From the NCBI GenBank assembly GCA_014905635.1, contig CM026547.1:3658001-3722000 (forward strand): a stretch of 64,000 bases of DNA, given 5' to 3'. The position numbers and the translations under genes were made by a program. This DNA comes from Scenedesmus sp. PABB004 (Eukaryota). The notes beneath the pieces were generated by a model. It had not been told where the DNA came from. It made no database searches and saw only the letters and a list, made by a program, of their open reading frames with translations. Shown here piece by piece: positions 22,274 to 34,128 of this stretch (its first letter is position 1; every line of letters starts with the position of its first letter).

Positions 22274-25200
22274 TCACAGCAGGCCCTGCTCAAAGATGTG
22301 GTCCCGGCTGCCAAAGTTGTAGCTCGACCCCAGCGCGCGCCCGCCCCTGCTGCCCGGGCGGTCGTACATCGACAGCCGCCCGCCGCCCGCATCCGAGCCG
22401 GCCGGCACCGCGGGGTACAGCCGGTCCTGCGTGGCGCGCCACGCGCACGGCGGGCGGCGGCGTGCGTGAGTGTGCGCGCGCGCGTGTGTGGTTGGGGGGG
22501 GGGGGCAGCCGCGCCGCCGAGCCGCGGCCGCGCGCGCCGCGCGCCGCGTCGCACCGGCTGCGCCGCGCCGCGGCCCTCGAGCTGCAGTATGTCTGCAACG
22601 TGGTCGCGCGCGTTGCTCGGGCGCCACACGCCCGGGCTGCGCGCGCGCACCGCCACCTCGCTCGCGAGCCGCGGGCTGCGCAGCTCCGCGGCGAGGTCGG
22701 CGACCTCGCTGCGGTTCAGCGGCTCCTCCCCCACCTGGCGGCCGCGGCGGCGGCGCAGCCGGGCGCGGCGGCGGCGCGTCAGCGCGCGCGCGCGCGCGCT
22801 TGCAGCCCGCGCTCCCGCCCCCGCCCCCGGCGCCGCGGGCCGCGCCTTTGGCGTGATGGCGCGCTTGTCGCGGGCCCGCAGCTTGCCAAAGTGGAAGCGG
22901 TTGAACTCGTCGTGCTCGGCGCGCGAGCGCGGGCTGATCATGTTTTGGAGGTAGTGGTTCAGCGGCACCACCTCGCCCGGCGCGCCCACGCCGTCGGCGA
23001 GCCCGCCCTCGAGCATCACCGGGAGGCCGTTGAGCTGCGGCGCGGGCGGCGTGGCGCGGGCAGGGCGGCGCGTGGGCGGCGCGCGCGGGCGGCGCAAGTG
23101 GGCGGCACGGCAGGCGGGGCCGGCGCACCAGCGCGACGTGCGCGTCGCCGCCGAGCAGGGGCTCCAGGTCGTCGTCCGGCAGCAGCCCCTGCTGCACCCC
23201 CGCCGCCTCCTCCGCGGCGTCCTGCTGCTGCTGCACCCACGCGAGCGGCGCCGGGCGCAGCCGCTGCTGGCCGGCAGCAGCGGCGTGGCCGCCGGGCAGC
23301 GGCGACGCGGCAGGCGTGGCGTACGCGGCCGCCGCCGCCGCCTCCACCGCCTCGGCGCCGGGCGGCGCCGCCTGCGCCGCGCGGGGCGGGGCGGCGCGGC
23401 GTGGGCGTCGGCGGCGGCCACTGCCGCAGCGGGGCCCGCTCACGCGCCGCGCCGCGTGGCCGGCCAGCAGGCGCGCTGCGCTGCGCGCGCGTACCGCGGC
23501 GCTGCGTGTGCCGGTCATCACAATCTCCTCCAGCTCCTGCACCAGGCTGCCGTACTGCACAAAGCGCCCACTCGTGCCTGGGCGAGCAAGGCGCGGCGGC
23601 GCTCAGCTCAGCTGCGGGCGGGCCGCCCGGCCGCGCGGCGCGCCGCGGCCCGGCGCGCGGGCGCTCGCACGCGCGCGCGTGCGCACCAAACGTGTGGGTG
23701 AGCAGCAGGTCCAGCATCGTCGCGGCGTCGACCGCCGACAGCAGCGCCCGGCAGTGGCTGGCCAGCCAGCCCTCCAGCTGCGCGCGCGGCACCGCGCCGA
23801 CCTGGGCCCTGCGAGGGGTCGGCGGCGTGGGCGGGGCTGCCGCAGCCTTGCTGCGCTGCGGCCCTGGCGCCCGCCTGCACCCCGCGCGCGGCACCTGTCG
23901 CACTCCTTGCACAGCCGCAGCAGCGTGTGCAGGCAATCAATGTAGTTGTGCGTCGCCTGGGGCGAGGGGCTGAGCGGCCGCATCGGCTGCACGCCCCCGC
24001 GCGGCGGCGACTGCTGCGCCGCGCCCAGCGGCAGCGGGCTGGCCACGCGCGCCTGCTGCTGCGCCGCGACCGCGGCGGCCGCCGCCGCGGCGGTCGCCGA
24101 GACTGCGGCGCTGATGGGCCGCATGCGCGGCAGGGCGCGGCGGCGCGGGCTGCGTCAGCGCGGCGCACGAGCGGCCGGGCGGCGGGCGCTGCGCGGCTGT
24201 TGCTGCTGCCGCCGCTGCTGCTGCCGGCGGCGCACCGCGAGGCCGCCGCCGCAGCGTCGTACCCCATGCTCCATGGCGGCGCGGTCTGCGACGCAGCGGC
24301 GGCAGGACGGCGCGCCCGCGAACGTCAGGCGCCACTGCGCCGCGCCGCGCGCCCGCGCCGCGCCGTGCGCCCGCGCCGCGCCGTGCGCCCGCGCCGCGCG
24401 GCGCGCACCGGTCCCAGGCCCAGCTCCAGCGCCTCCACCAGCTGCTGCTCAAACAGAAACTCGATGCGGCCGGCGCGGTTGCGCACGAGCTGGCCCACGC
24501 CGGGGAAGCCGACCTGTGTGCCGTCACGGGGCGGGGCGACGGCGGCAGCGGGCGCGCGTTGGCGGCGCCGGCCGGGCCGCCGCGGCCGCGGCCGCGCCGC
24601 GCCGCCGCTCGCTCGCCCTCGCACCCGCACGGCGTGGCCCGCGACGATGTGTGCCGCGAGGCGCTGCAGCATCTCGCCGATGAGGCGCTGCGCGGTGGAG
24701 CGGTGCAGCTGCGCGTCCGCGGCGACCAGCTGGTAGTTGAGCTGCGCCACGGCACCGCGGTCTGCGCGGCGCGGCGGCGTCGGCGGCGGCGTCGGCGCGG
24801 CGGCAGCCGCCGTGGGGCGCTGCGCCGGGCGGCACGGGCGCGGCGGCGGCGCCGGGGCGCCGGGGCGGCGGGCGCGACGCACTGAGCAGGCGGAAGCGGC
24901 TGCGCTCCTGGCTGACGCCGCCGAAGCGCCCGTCGAGGAGGCTGAACGTCACGCGGTAGCGCTTGTACGTCGCGTAGCGGTCCTCCAGCGCCTGCCCCAC
25001 CACGAAGGTGCCCAGCGCCGGCAGCAGCACGCCCTGCGCCCCGGCGCCGCGCGACCGGAGCAGCACGTGGGCGACTGCGGCGGCCGCGCCCGCCGCGCCG
25101 GCGGGTGCGCACCTTGTGGGACTTGAGGCTGACGGCCAGGAAGTTGCCCAGGCCGTGCCAGAGGTGTCGGACGCCCGCGGGGGTGACGTGGTTGCGCACA

Positions 25201-25280
25201 GCGTAGAGCGAGTTGGCTACCTCGGTCACCAGGCGCTCCGTGTCAAACACGAACAGCGCGCCCCGACCCACGGACGACAT
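22274..25280 (-). CDS. CCDC81-like protein (two N-terminal HU-like domains, then an EF-hand-like region), multi-exon
   Basis: [30 protein letters not shown] and LNYQLVA...[29 protein letters not shown] resemble the tandem HU-like domains of CCDC81. Exons are bounded by plausible splice sites. Confidence 0.6.
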
Positions 25281-25566
25281 GGCGTCGTCGACGGGAGATC
25301 CCCGGGCCCGCTAGCGGGAGAGCATGGGCGCCTGCCGAGCGAGGAGGGGCTGATGGCGCGAGGACAGCCACTGCCGGACAGCAGGTGGCGCGGGCGCTGC
25401 GGCGAGCGGGCCTAATCACGGCTGTGGGCCACCAGGCAGCACGCAGGTCGGCGCAGCGGCGGCAGCAGCACCGCCGCCCGCCGAGCTAACAACGACGCAC
25501 GCGGCGGCGCAACCGCCCACCCAGACCCTGCGCGCCGGCGCCAGGCGGCGCCGCCAGACCCCTGGT

Positions 25567-25598
<32 letters not shown>

Positions 25599-25643
25599 CC
25601 CACCGCCGCCGCGCTGCGTCCGGGGTTCGCGAGAGGCCCGCCC

Positions 25644-25677
25644 GCGCGTCCCGCGGCGCGCGCGCCGCGGGACGCGC
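25644..25677. repeat. Perfect 34-bp palindrome
   Basis: GCGCGTCCCGCGGCGCG|CGCGCCGCGGGACGCGC, checked base by base. It ends just before the start of the duplicated segment at 25679. Confidence 0.9.
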
Positions 25678-25678
25678 A

Positions 25679-26984
25679 GCGCGCGGCGGCCGGATCGGCG
25701 CCCCCCGCCGCGCCGCGAGCGCCGGCCGGCGTGCGGGCGCGATGCGCGCGTGGCGCCGCGCGCGGACGCCCCGGCGCCGGCCGCCGGCGGCGGGGGCGGT
25801 GGCCCGGCACGTGCGTCGCCCGGGCGGGATCGGGGCGCGCCCGTGCCCGCCCGGGGCGCCCGCGCGGGCGCGGCGCATGTCGGGGCCGCCTCCCGCCGCC
25901 GTGGGCCGCCCGCGCCGCGCGTGCGGCCGCCCAGGCGCCGCGCTGACGCGTCCCGCGCCGCCACGGGCGGCAGCGCAGGCGCCCGGGCCGCCACGCGCGG
26001 GGCGCCGCACGCACGAGACGCGCCACCACCCGCCCGCGCGTCCCGCGGGCCCCACCTGCCGTCTCCTCGCTGCGCGGGCTGCCGGACGAAGCGGTCATGC
26101 CGGGCCGGCGGCGGCGCGCGCCCGGCGCATGCGCGGGCGGGCGTGGGCTGTGAGCGGCCGGCCTCCTGGCCTGGGGCGGCCCGCGGCGCGCTGGCGGGGC
26201 CTGCCGGGGCGTCGCGTCGCGCAAGCTGCGCCGACTGGCGCGCGCGCGGGCCGGGGCGGCGCTCGCACGCGCAGGCGCGGCGGGCTGTTAAGCAGAGAAC
26301 CCCGCGCGCGCCCGCCAGCCCGCGCGCCGCGCCGCCACGCGGCCGCGGCGGCCGCCGGCACCGCGCACGCTCGCGCACAGCGCGCCGGGCGGGCGGCGCC
26401 GGCGCCGGCGCGCGGGGGGACCGGGGGTCACCTGACCGCCCCCCGGGCCAGCGGCGCCCAGCGCGCGTGCGTGCGTGGCTTCCGGGGTGCTCCACGCACG
26501 CGCAGCGGGCAGCGCCTGCGATCTGGCCGGTCGTCGCTGACGCGGCCGCGCGGACTCTCTTTTGCTTTTGTTGCGACGACCGCGTTCGCGTCCCGCGACC
26601 GGCAGGTGCCGCTCACGCAGCGCGCTGGTCGCGGCGCCGCCGCCGCCAGCCGGCGCCGCCGCGCAGCGGGGCCGCTGCGCGTCGGCCGCTGGCACGCCGG
26701 CGCGCGGCGGCACGCCCACACCAGTGAGCACCAGCAGCAGCTCTCACGCCACGTCACAGACCCGTGGTGCTGCTCGTGCTCGCCGCCGCGACGCCGCCCG
26801 GCCGGTGCTGGTGCCAGCCTGGGCGCGCGTGCTGCTCCTGCTGCGTGCTCTCCCGCCGCGGCGCGCGGGGCACGCCGCCGTCCAGCGTCATCGGAGCCGC
26901 GTCCGGCGCCGCCGCTGCGAGCGTGAGCACCTCACCCGGCGCCACGCCCCGCAGCCCGGGGAACGCCGCTGCGCTGGGGGCGTC
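25679..26984. repeat. Direct segmental duplication, copy 1 (about 1.3 kb)
   Basis: Near-identical to 34129-35436. About 4 differences seen by eye (2 substitutions, 2 single-base indels). Confidence 0.95.
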
Positions 26985-27253
26985 TCAGCCGCCGCCCTCG
27001 TGCCGCTCCGGCAGCGCCTCCAGCAGCAGCGCCTGCTGCTGCCCGGCGGCAAAGCCCGCGCCCGCCAGCGTCTCCCCGCCGCCGTCGCTGCCGCCGGGCG
27101 GCAGCACGCGGCGGGGGAACTGCTGGACCAGCGCGTACGTGCCCGGCCACAAGCCGCCGGCGCCCTGCGCGCGGCGCGGCGCGGCAGCAGAGGCGTCGGC
27201 GGCGCGCGGCAGGCCGCCGCGCCCCCGCGGCGCCCTCGCGGCCGTGGGCTCGG

Positions 27254-27301
<48 letters not shown>

Positions 27302-28911
27302 CCGCCGGCCCACCTCGCTGTCGACAAAATCGTACAGCTCCTGCAGCCGCTGCTCCAGCAAGAAGCGCCGCGACAGCCGCGCGCCGTCTGGCAGCCGGAA
27401 CAGCAGCGTCGCGGCGGGCTGCCCGCCGCCGGCCGGCGGCTCCGGCGCGACGAGCGCCGCCTTTTCCGCCCGCACCGCCAGCCGCCGCGCCTGCTCGGCC
27501 GCGACGCGCTCCGCCGCGGCCGCCGCGGCCGCCTCCTCCGCCGCCAGCGCCTGGGCAGCGGCGGCGGCGTGCGTGCGGCGGCGTAGGCGCGGGCGCAGCC
27601 GCGCGCGCCCGCTGGCCCGCCCCCGCGCGGCCGCCCGCGCCCGCCCGCCCACCTGCGCCGCCGCGCGCGCGGCCTGCTCGTGCAGCTGCCGCGCGCGCTC
27701 CGCCTCGCGCGTCTCCGCCTCCTCCCGCGCGCGCATGTATCCCTCCGTCTCGATGCTCGGCCCCACGTCTGCCGCGATGTCCGTCTCCAGCACGCTCACC
27801 GCAGGCGCGGGCTGCAGCTCCAGCACGCGCAGGTTGAACAGCTCGCCCGCGTACGGCACCTGTGGCGGCGAGCGACCGGGGCAGGGCCCGCGGCGGGCTG
27901 GGCCGCCCCCCACCCCAGCACACACCGCGCGGCAGAGGCCCGCGGCGGCGGGCGCCGCACCTGCACCCAGTCGCCCTCGCTGAGCGTGGCGCAGCCGCGC
28001 AGGCACTCCTCCAGCGCGCCGCGCAGCGCGTCGGGGTCGGACCCGACCACGTCGTGGAAGGCGCGCAGCTCGGGCTGCAGGCGCACGTACGTGCCCGTTG
28101 GCAGGCGCTTGTAGCGCACGTGCACTGCGCAGCCAAACCGGCCGCCGCTCGCGCCGCCGCCGCCGCCAGCGCCGCCGCCGTCGTCGCTGCCGCCCGCGCC
28201 GGGCAGGCCCCAGAGGCAGTTTGCCACCTGCGCGGGCAGCGGGCGGGCCGCAGGCGCGGCGCGTCGGCCGTCTGCCGCCGGGGGCGGAGCGGCGGGGGGT
28301 CGCAGGCGTGCCCGCGGCGCCGCGGCCGGCGCGCGGCGCCCACCTTGGCGGGCAGCAGCACGACGCCCTCGGGGGCGTTGAACTCCAGCACACCCGCGTG
28401 CGTGCTGGCGCCGTTGCTGGCAGCCACCTCGAACAGCATCGCGCCGTTCTTCGGCGCGCCCTGGTCCAGCAGCGCCGCGCCGACGCTCGGCGGCAGCACC
28501 AGCTTGTCGGCGGCGCGCCGGATGCCGCGCGCGGCCGCCTCGCCCTCGCGCGCCGGCGCCGCCGCGAGCGACACGCGCAGCGACACGCCGCGGTTCTCCT
28601 CGAGGTCGGCCGCGTGCCGCGCCTCCTCCTGCGGCGGCGGCAGCGGCGGCGGCGGCGCATGCATGGGCGGTTGCCGGCGGTTGCATGCGCATGTGCGCGC
28701 GCCGCGGCGCCCCCGCGCGCGCGCCCCCGCTCACCGCTGCGGCGGCGGCCGCCGCCTCGAGCCGCCGCGCGCGCGCCGCCGCCTCGCGCGCCTCCTCGCG
28801 CGCGCGCTGGCGCTCCGCGGCGACGCGCTCCTTCTCGATCCGCTGGCGCTCGCGCTCCGCCCGCGCGGCCTGCTCCTTGCGCAGCTTGTCGGCGGCGGCC
28901 TTGAACTCCAT
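26985..28911 (-). CDS. UFD1-family protein with N-terminal coiled coil and C-terminal UBX domain
   Basis: MEFKAAADKLRKEQ coiled coil. UFD1 motifs DKLVLPPS, STHAGVLEFNAPEG, YKRLPTGTYVRLQP, LRVLELQPAPAVSVLETDIAADV. UBX motifs LLFRLPDGARLSRRF, QELYDFVDS, QQFPRRV. Confidence 0.87.
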
Positions 28912-29437
28912 GGCCCCACCGGCACACGCCCCGCAGGCGGGCGGCCCCGCAGGCGGGCGGCTCCTCGGGAGCGCCGCGCGGCGTGCGCCGCGCCCCCCGC
29001 CGCTGCTCGCTGCCGCGCGCGCCCCGCCGCCGCCGGCGCGCCGCTCGATGCCCGCGGGCGTTTGGAGGGAGTCGCCAAGCACGCCGCGCGTGGAGGGTGC
29101 CCGGGCGCGTGCGCGTGACGTAAGGCCGGGTGCTGCTGCTGCTGCTGCGCGCTCCTACGCGAGCGCTGCGCTGTGGGTGACGCGGCGGGAGCGGCTGCTG
29201 TGGAGCTGGAGCACCGTGGTCGGGCGTCGGGACTGGAGGAGCCCCTGAGCCCGAGTTTGAGCCTCCGCAGACGGGGCTCTCGCAGAGTCTGCGCCCGCCC
29301 CTCCTGGCCCGGCAGCGCACCACCACCGCGCAGATGGCCCGGCTCACGCGCCGCTGTCGCTGCGGCCGCACGGTGCTCGCTCAGCGCGGAGCAGCAGCGG
29401 CGGCGGGCCGCGTGCGCCGTCGGCCCGTGGCACACGC

Positions 29438-30833
29438 ATGAACGCCCTGCCGGCGGCGGCGCTGGGTCGTGGCGCTGGCGCGCCGCAGGGGCGCCGCGGC
29501 GTGGCCGCCCGTGCAGCGCAGCAGCAGCGGGAGCAGCAGCAGCGGGAGCACCAGCAGCGGCCACGGCGCTCGTCGACGGGCGCGCAGGACTGGCAGCAGG
29601 CGCTGCCGCCGCCGCCCAGCGCCACGGTGCGCCGGCGGCGCGCCGCGTTTGCGCCGGACCGGCAGTTTGTGAAGCCCGCGCGCCCGGCGCGCGAGGCCGC
29701 GCAGCAGCTGCCGCCGCCGCCGCCGCCGGCGCAGCAGCCGCCGCGGCCCCCGCCGCCGCTCGCGCCCGACCCGGCCGCGGACGACCTCGACGCGCTGGCG
29801 GCGGCGGCGGCCGCGGTCGCCGCCGGCGGCGGCGGCAGCTGGGGCCGCCGCGGCGGCGGCGGGCGCGCGCCGCCGCCGCTGGCGGGCGCGGCGCCGGTGC
29901 CGCTGCCGGGCGCGCCCGCAGCGCCGCGCTACGCGGCGGCCGACAAGCTACAGCTCACGCGCGAGGAGGCGGCCGACGTGGCGCGGCGCCTGCGCCGCGC
30001 GGGGCCGCCGCGGCCGGGGCGGCCCGTGCTGCGCGTGTTCAGGTGCGGGCGGCGGCGCGGCCGCGGGGGCGCCGCGCGCCGCCGACGGCGCGGCACGCGC
30101 GCCCACGCGCCCCCCCCCTCCCCGCCACACACCGCGCGCGCGCAGGGTCGGCATCGACGACCTGCGGCTGTTCAAGGCGCTCGAGCTGGCGGGCCTGGAG
30201 GGCCGCGTGGTGGTCGTGGACAGCGCGGGCTTCTCCGACGCGGTGCTCGCCGCGCGCACCAAGCGCACGGGCGCGGCGGTCGACCTCGGCGCCGCGCGGC
30301 GCGCCGCGGCGGCCGCGGGCGTGCCGCTCGTTGCGCTGCGCGCGGTCTCGCCGCAGCGCCTGCTGGAGGGGCTCGGCCCGCTGCTCGGCCTGCGTGAGCC
30401 CGGCGGCACCGGCGGCGGCGGCGAGCCCGGGGGCGCCGCCGGCGGCGAGCTGGCGCCGCTGGTCGGGGCGGCGCGCGCGCGCCGCGCGGCGCCGCGCCTG
30501 CTGCGCTGGGACGAGGCCGAGGGCGACGGCAGCGAGGAGCTGCTGGCGCTGCTCTACGGCGCGCCCCGGCCCGGCGACGCGCCGGGCGCGGGGCCGCGCT
30601 GGCGCGCCTGGCGCGCCGCGCAGGCGCGCGGCGGCGGCTGGGCGGACGCCGCGCTGGCGCAGGTGCGCGGCGCCGACGTGGAGGACGCGCGCGCGCGGCT
30701 GGTGCCGGCCAACCCCACCGCGCGCGCGGGCGCGCGCGACGCGCTGCCCGCGAGGCCGCCGCCGCGCCGCGGCGCGCGCGTGCGCCGGCGGCGGCTGCGG
30801 CGCGACCTGGCGCGCGCGCGCGCGCCCTGGTGA
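29438..30833 (+). CDS. Hypothetical protein, 2 exons (29438-30042, 30146-30833), with a Ycf45/SPD1-like C-terminal subdomain
   Basis: GT-AG splicing joins LRVFR|VGIDDLRLFKALELAGLEGRVVVVDSAGFSDAVLAARTK...AAAAGVPLVALRAVS in frame. It resembles the pre-R3H domain of Ycf45-family proteins. Confidence 0.6.
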
Positions 30834-30917
30834 GCGAGCAGCGAGCAGCGGCGGAGCGAGCGAGGGATGGGCGCTGCGAGACGCGCCCGGCGGGGGAGTG
30901 CGTGAGGGGCACCGCGG

Positions 30918-30922
30918 TTACA
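30918..30922 (-). promoter_or_regulatory. Candidate TGTAA poly(A) signal of the SAND gene
   Basis: TTACA on + strand, about 1.15 kb downstream of the stop at 32070. Confidence 0.35.
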
Positions 30923-32069
30923 CGCGCGCGCCACCACCGAGCTCGAAAGAATGGGGCGCGCCGGCGGCGCCCGGGCGTGCGTTGCAGTGGCCAGGGCGGC
31001 CCTGGCAGGCCGCGCAGAATCCGGGGAGAGGACAACAGCGTACAGAGCGCGCGGCGACGCGCGCGCCTTGATTCCGCCCGGCGCGAGCGGCCTGCCGGCG
31101 CGCCTGGTGTGCAGGCGGCGCCTTGGTCGGCGGCGGCGCGGCGCGGCCGGGACGCAGCGCAGCAGTGCGGTCAGGACAAAGACAGGTCGGGAACCACCAC
31201 CCCTGCTCGGGGGCCCGGTCACGCACACCTGCGTGCGCGCCGACGCCGCCACATGGGGGAGACGGATGGGCACGCGCGGAACACACAAGAACATACACGG
31301 TAGCTACGGCCGGGCCCGCGAGCAAGAGAGGTCCCCCCGCAAAACAGACGCCCACCAGCACCCAGCGGCGCGCGCGGCGCCCCGCGCGGCTGATCATGTG
31401 AGCGACGAGAGCGCCCGGTCTCGGGGCGCGCGCCGGCGCCGCCGCGCGCCGCGCTGCGTGGTCCGCTGTCCGCGGTCGGCGTCGTCGTCGTCCGTCCCGC
31501 TTGGTCCCCCGGCCAGCCTTCCCGCTCCCCGAGCGCGGGCAGCAGCGCCCCCTGCCCCCTGTCTGTGTGGGCCCCGGCGCGCCGCGCCACGCCCGCGCGT
31601 GACGCGCGGCGCGACGCGACGCCGAGAGCAGTGCTGCTGGTTGTGATGTACATGCACGTGGGCAAAAAGAAGGCCAGCGGCCGTGCGGCCACACGGGCCG
31701 GCGATGCCCCGCGAGCCCCCATCGCCGCCGCGCGCGGCGCGGGCGGCGGCGCCCCGCCCGCCCGGCAAAGCGCGCGCGCGCGCGCGGCGCGGACGCCGCA
31801 GCTCTTCCACACAGCGCGGCAGCGCGCAACCCAACCCCCTCCTGCAGCGCGCCGCGCGCGCCGCGCGCGGGGTCGGCGGCGCGCCAGGCCGGCGTCAGAG
31901 CCCCCGCGTTTCCCAACGCCGTCGCCATCCCCCCCCCGCCGGGCCCCGCGCGCCGAGAGATCAAAACCGGCCGCGGGCGGTCAGAGCAGTGCCAGGCCGC
32001 GGCGGCGGGCTCGCCGCGCCGGGGCGCGGCGCGGCGGCCGCGCCGGTGAACGACCGCGCGGCGGCGGCC

Positions 32070-33959
32070 TCAGCGGTCCTGCACGAGGCCGACGATGCGC
32101 GTGAAGTGGCCGAGCTTGAGCAGCGCGCTGTTGGGCTCGCCGTTCATGGTGTAGCCTGCGGCGGCGGCGCCGGCAGCGGCGCGCGGGCCGTCAGGCGGCG
32201 GCGGCGCGCGGCGCGGCGGCGGCGCGGCGGCGGCGGCGCGGCGGCGCGGCGGCGCAGCCTGCGGCGCGCGCGGCCACACGCACCCACGAGGCGGATGCTC
32301 TGCTGCCAGTTGCGCGCCGTCTTCTTGCCCGCGAGCTCCTCAAACTTGTTGGGCGTCACGACCTCGCCGCTGCTCGCGAGCTTGATGAGGTACTCGCCCG
32401 CGGGGTTGACGTAAAACGTGCCCCCCAGGTCGGCGCACACGACGGGCATGCACTGCTGCGCCCCCCAGTCCGTCGCGCACGCCTGCTGCACAGACAGCGG
32501 GATCTTCTCAGCGATCTCGGTCTGAAACTGCGGCGGCGCGCGCGGGGAGGGAGGCGCGGGCGGGGCACGGCGGCGTCAGCGGCGGCGTCAGCTGACGGCG
32601 GCGGCGGCGCGCGCGCCGCTTTAGCGCCGTCCGGCCGCGCCCGCGGCGGGCGCTCACCCACGACTGCTTGCGCGCGCGCGAGGGCGCGCCCATGCTGCCG
32701 CTCCGGCCGGCGCCCCAGCTCTCGGCGCGGCGCAAGGCGCCGCCAAACTGCGGCAGGGCCTTGGGCGCCGGCGCGGCCTGCTGCGCGGCCTGCGCGCTGA
32801 ACGCGCTGGGCTTGCGCGGGTGGCTCGCCGAGCGCAGCGACTCGAACGCCTCCGCCGGGGCGGCCTGGGCCGCGGGGTAGGCCTGGTGCTGGTGCAGGAG
32901 CTGTGCCTGCAGCGCGCCGAGGCCGGCGCTGCCGCTGCTGGCGCTGCTGCCGTGCAGGCCCGCGCCCGCGGGGCCGCCCGGCCGGCGCGTGACGCTCGAC
33001 CCGCTGCGCCCGCCCGTCGGCAGCAGGTGGCTGCCGCCGCCGAGCAGCGCCGCGCGCGGCGGCGCCGGCTCGGGGCCGCTGCTCATCGCCAGCTGCTGCA
33101 GGCACTCCGCAGCGTCGAGGTCGTCCTGGCTCTTGTCGTCCTCCTCCTCCTCCTCTTCCTCCTCCTCGGCGGGCCCGCCCTGCCCGCACATGTCGCCCTC
33201 GCCCGGGCTCACGCGCGCGCTGCTGCCGGGGCTGCGCTGGCGCTTGGAGCTGAGGCAGCCGCCCGCGGTGCACTCGCAGTCCACCTCCTCGCCGCCCTCC
33301 TCCTCGTCGCCCGACAGCGGCTGCCGGCTGCTGCTGCTGCCGCTGCCGCCGCTCGTGGCGCGCTTGGGCGCCGGCCCCGCGCCGGCGCTGCCGGGCGCCG
33401 CCGGCGCGCCGGGCGCGGCGTCGCCGCCGCCGCTGCCGGTCGCGCTGCAGAGGCGCGCGCGCTTGGCGCCGATCATCGTCGTCACGCCCGCGGGCAGGCG
33501 CATGCCGCCCCCCGCCGCCGCTGCCGCCGCGCCGCCGCAGGCGCCGGCCTCGGCCGCCGCTGCGGCGTTGTGCTGCTGCTGCTTGAGCGCCGGCAGGCGC
33601 GGGAGCTCCTGGCCCAGCAGCGCCTTGGCGTCGGGGAACGGCGCGGCGGCCGCGGCGGCGCCCGCCGCGGCGGCCTCGTCCGCGAGCGCCGACGCGAGGC
33701 CGCCGAGGCGCGCGAGGCGGGCGCGCAGCTGCTCGATCACGCGCGCCTTGTCCGCCAGCTCCGCGTCCTGCGCCTTGATGACCTGGGCCTTGGCGCTGAC
33801 GCTGGCCTCCAGCGCGCGCGCGCCCTCCCGCAGCGCGCACAGCTGCGCGCGCAGCTCGCCGTTCTTTCGCTCCAGCGCCGCCACGACCGCGGCGCGGTGC
33901 TGGTCGTCGGCGGCCGCCGCTGCCAACGGCGCGCCGCCCGGCGCCTTGTCGTGCGCCAT
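32070..33959 (-). CDS. Coiled-coil plus C-terminal SAND-domain putative transcription factor, 3 exons
   Basis: N-terminal heptads (LERKNGELRAQLCALREG). SAND-like segment MPVVCADLGGTF...VTPNKFEELAGKKTARNWQQSIRLV. Confidence 0.82.
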
Positions 33960-34128
33960 CGTCACGGCCCGCTGCGGCGCGGGCGGCTGTGCGTCGACCG
34001 GCGCGGTGGTGCTCGCGGCGCGCTCGCCGAGGACTGCGGGCGTGCGTGGCAGGCGGGCGGCGCGGCGTGGGCGACGCGCCGCGGGCGCCGGCGTGGGGGA
34101 CGCAGCTTCAAATCGAAGCCCCGTCGCC

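Noticed and set aside
25679..26984. The two 1.3 kb copies as LTRs of a retroelement or composite transposon
   Set aside because: No TG..CA ends, target-site duplication or gag/pol/transposase. The enclosed genes are ordinary host genes.
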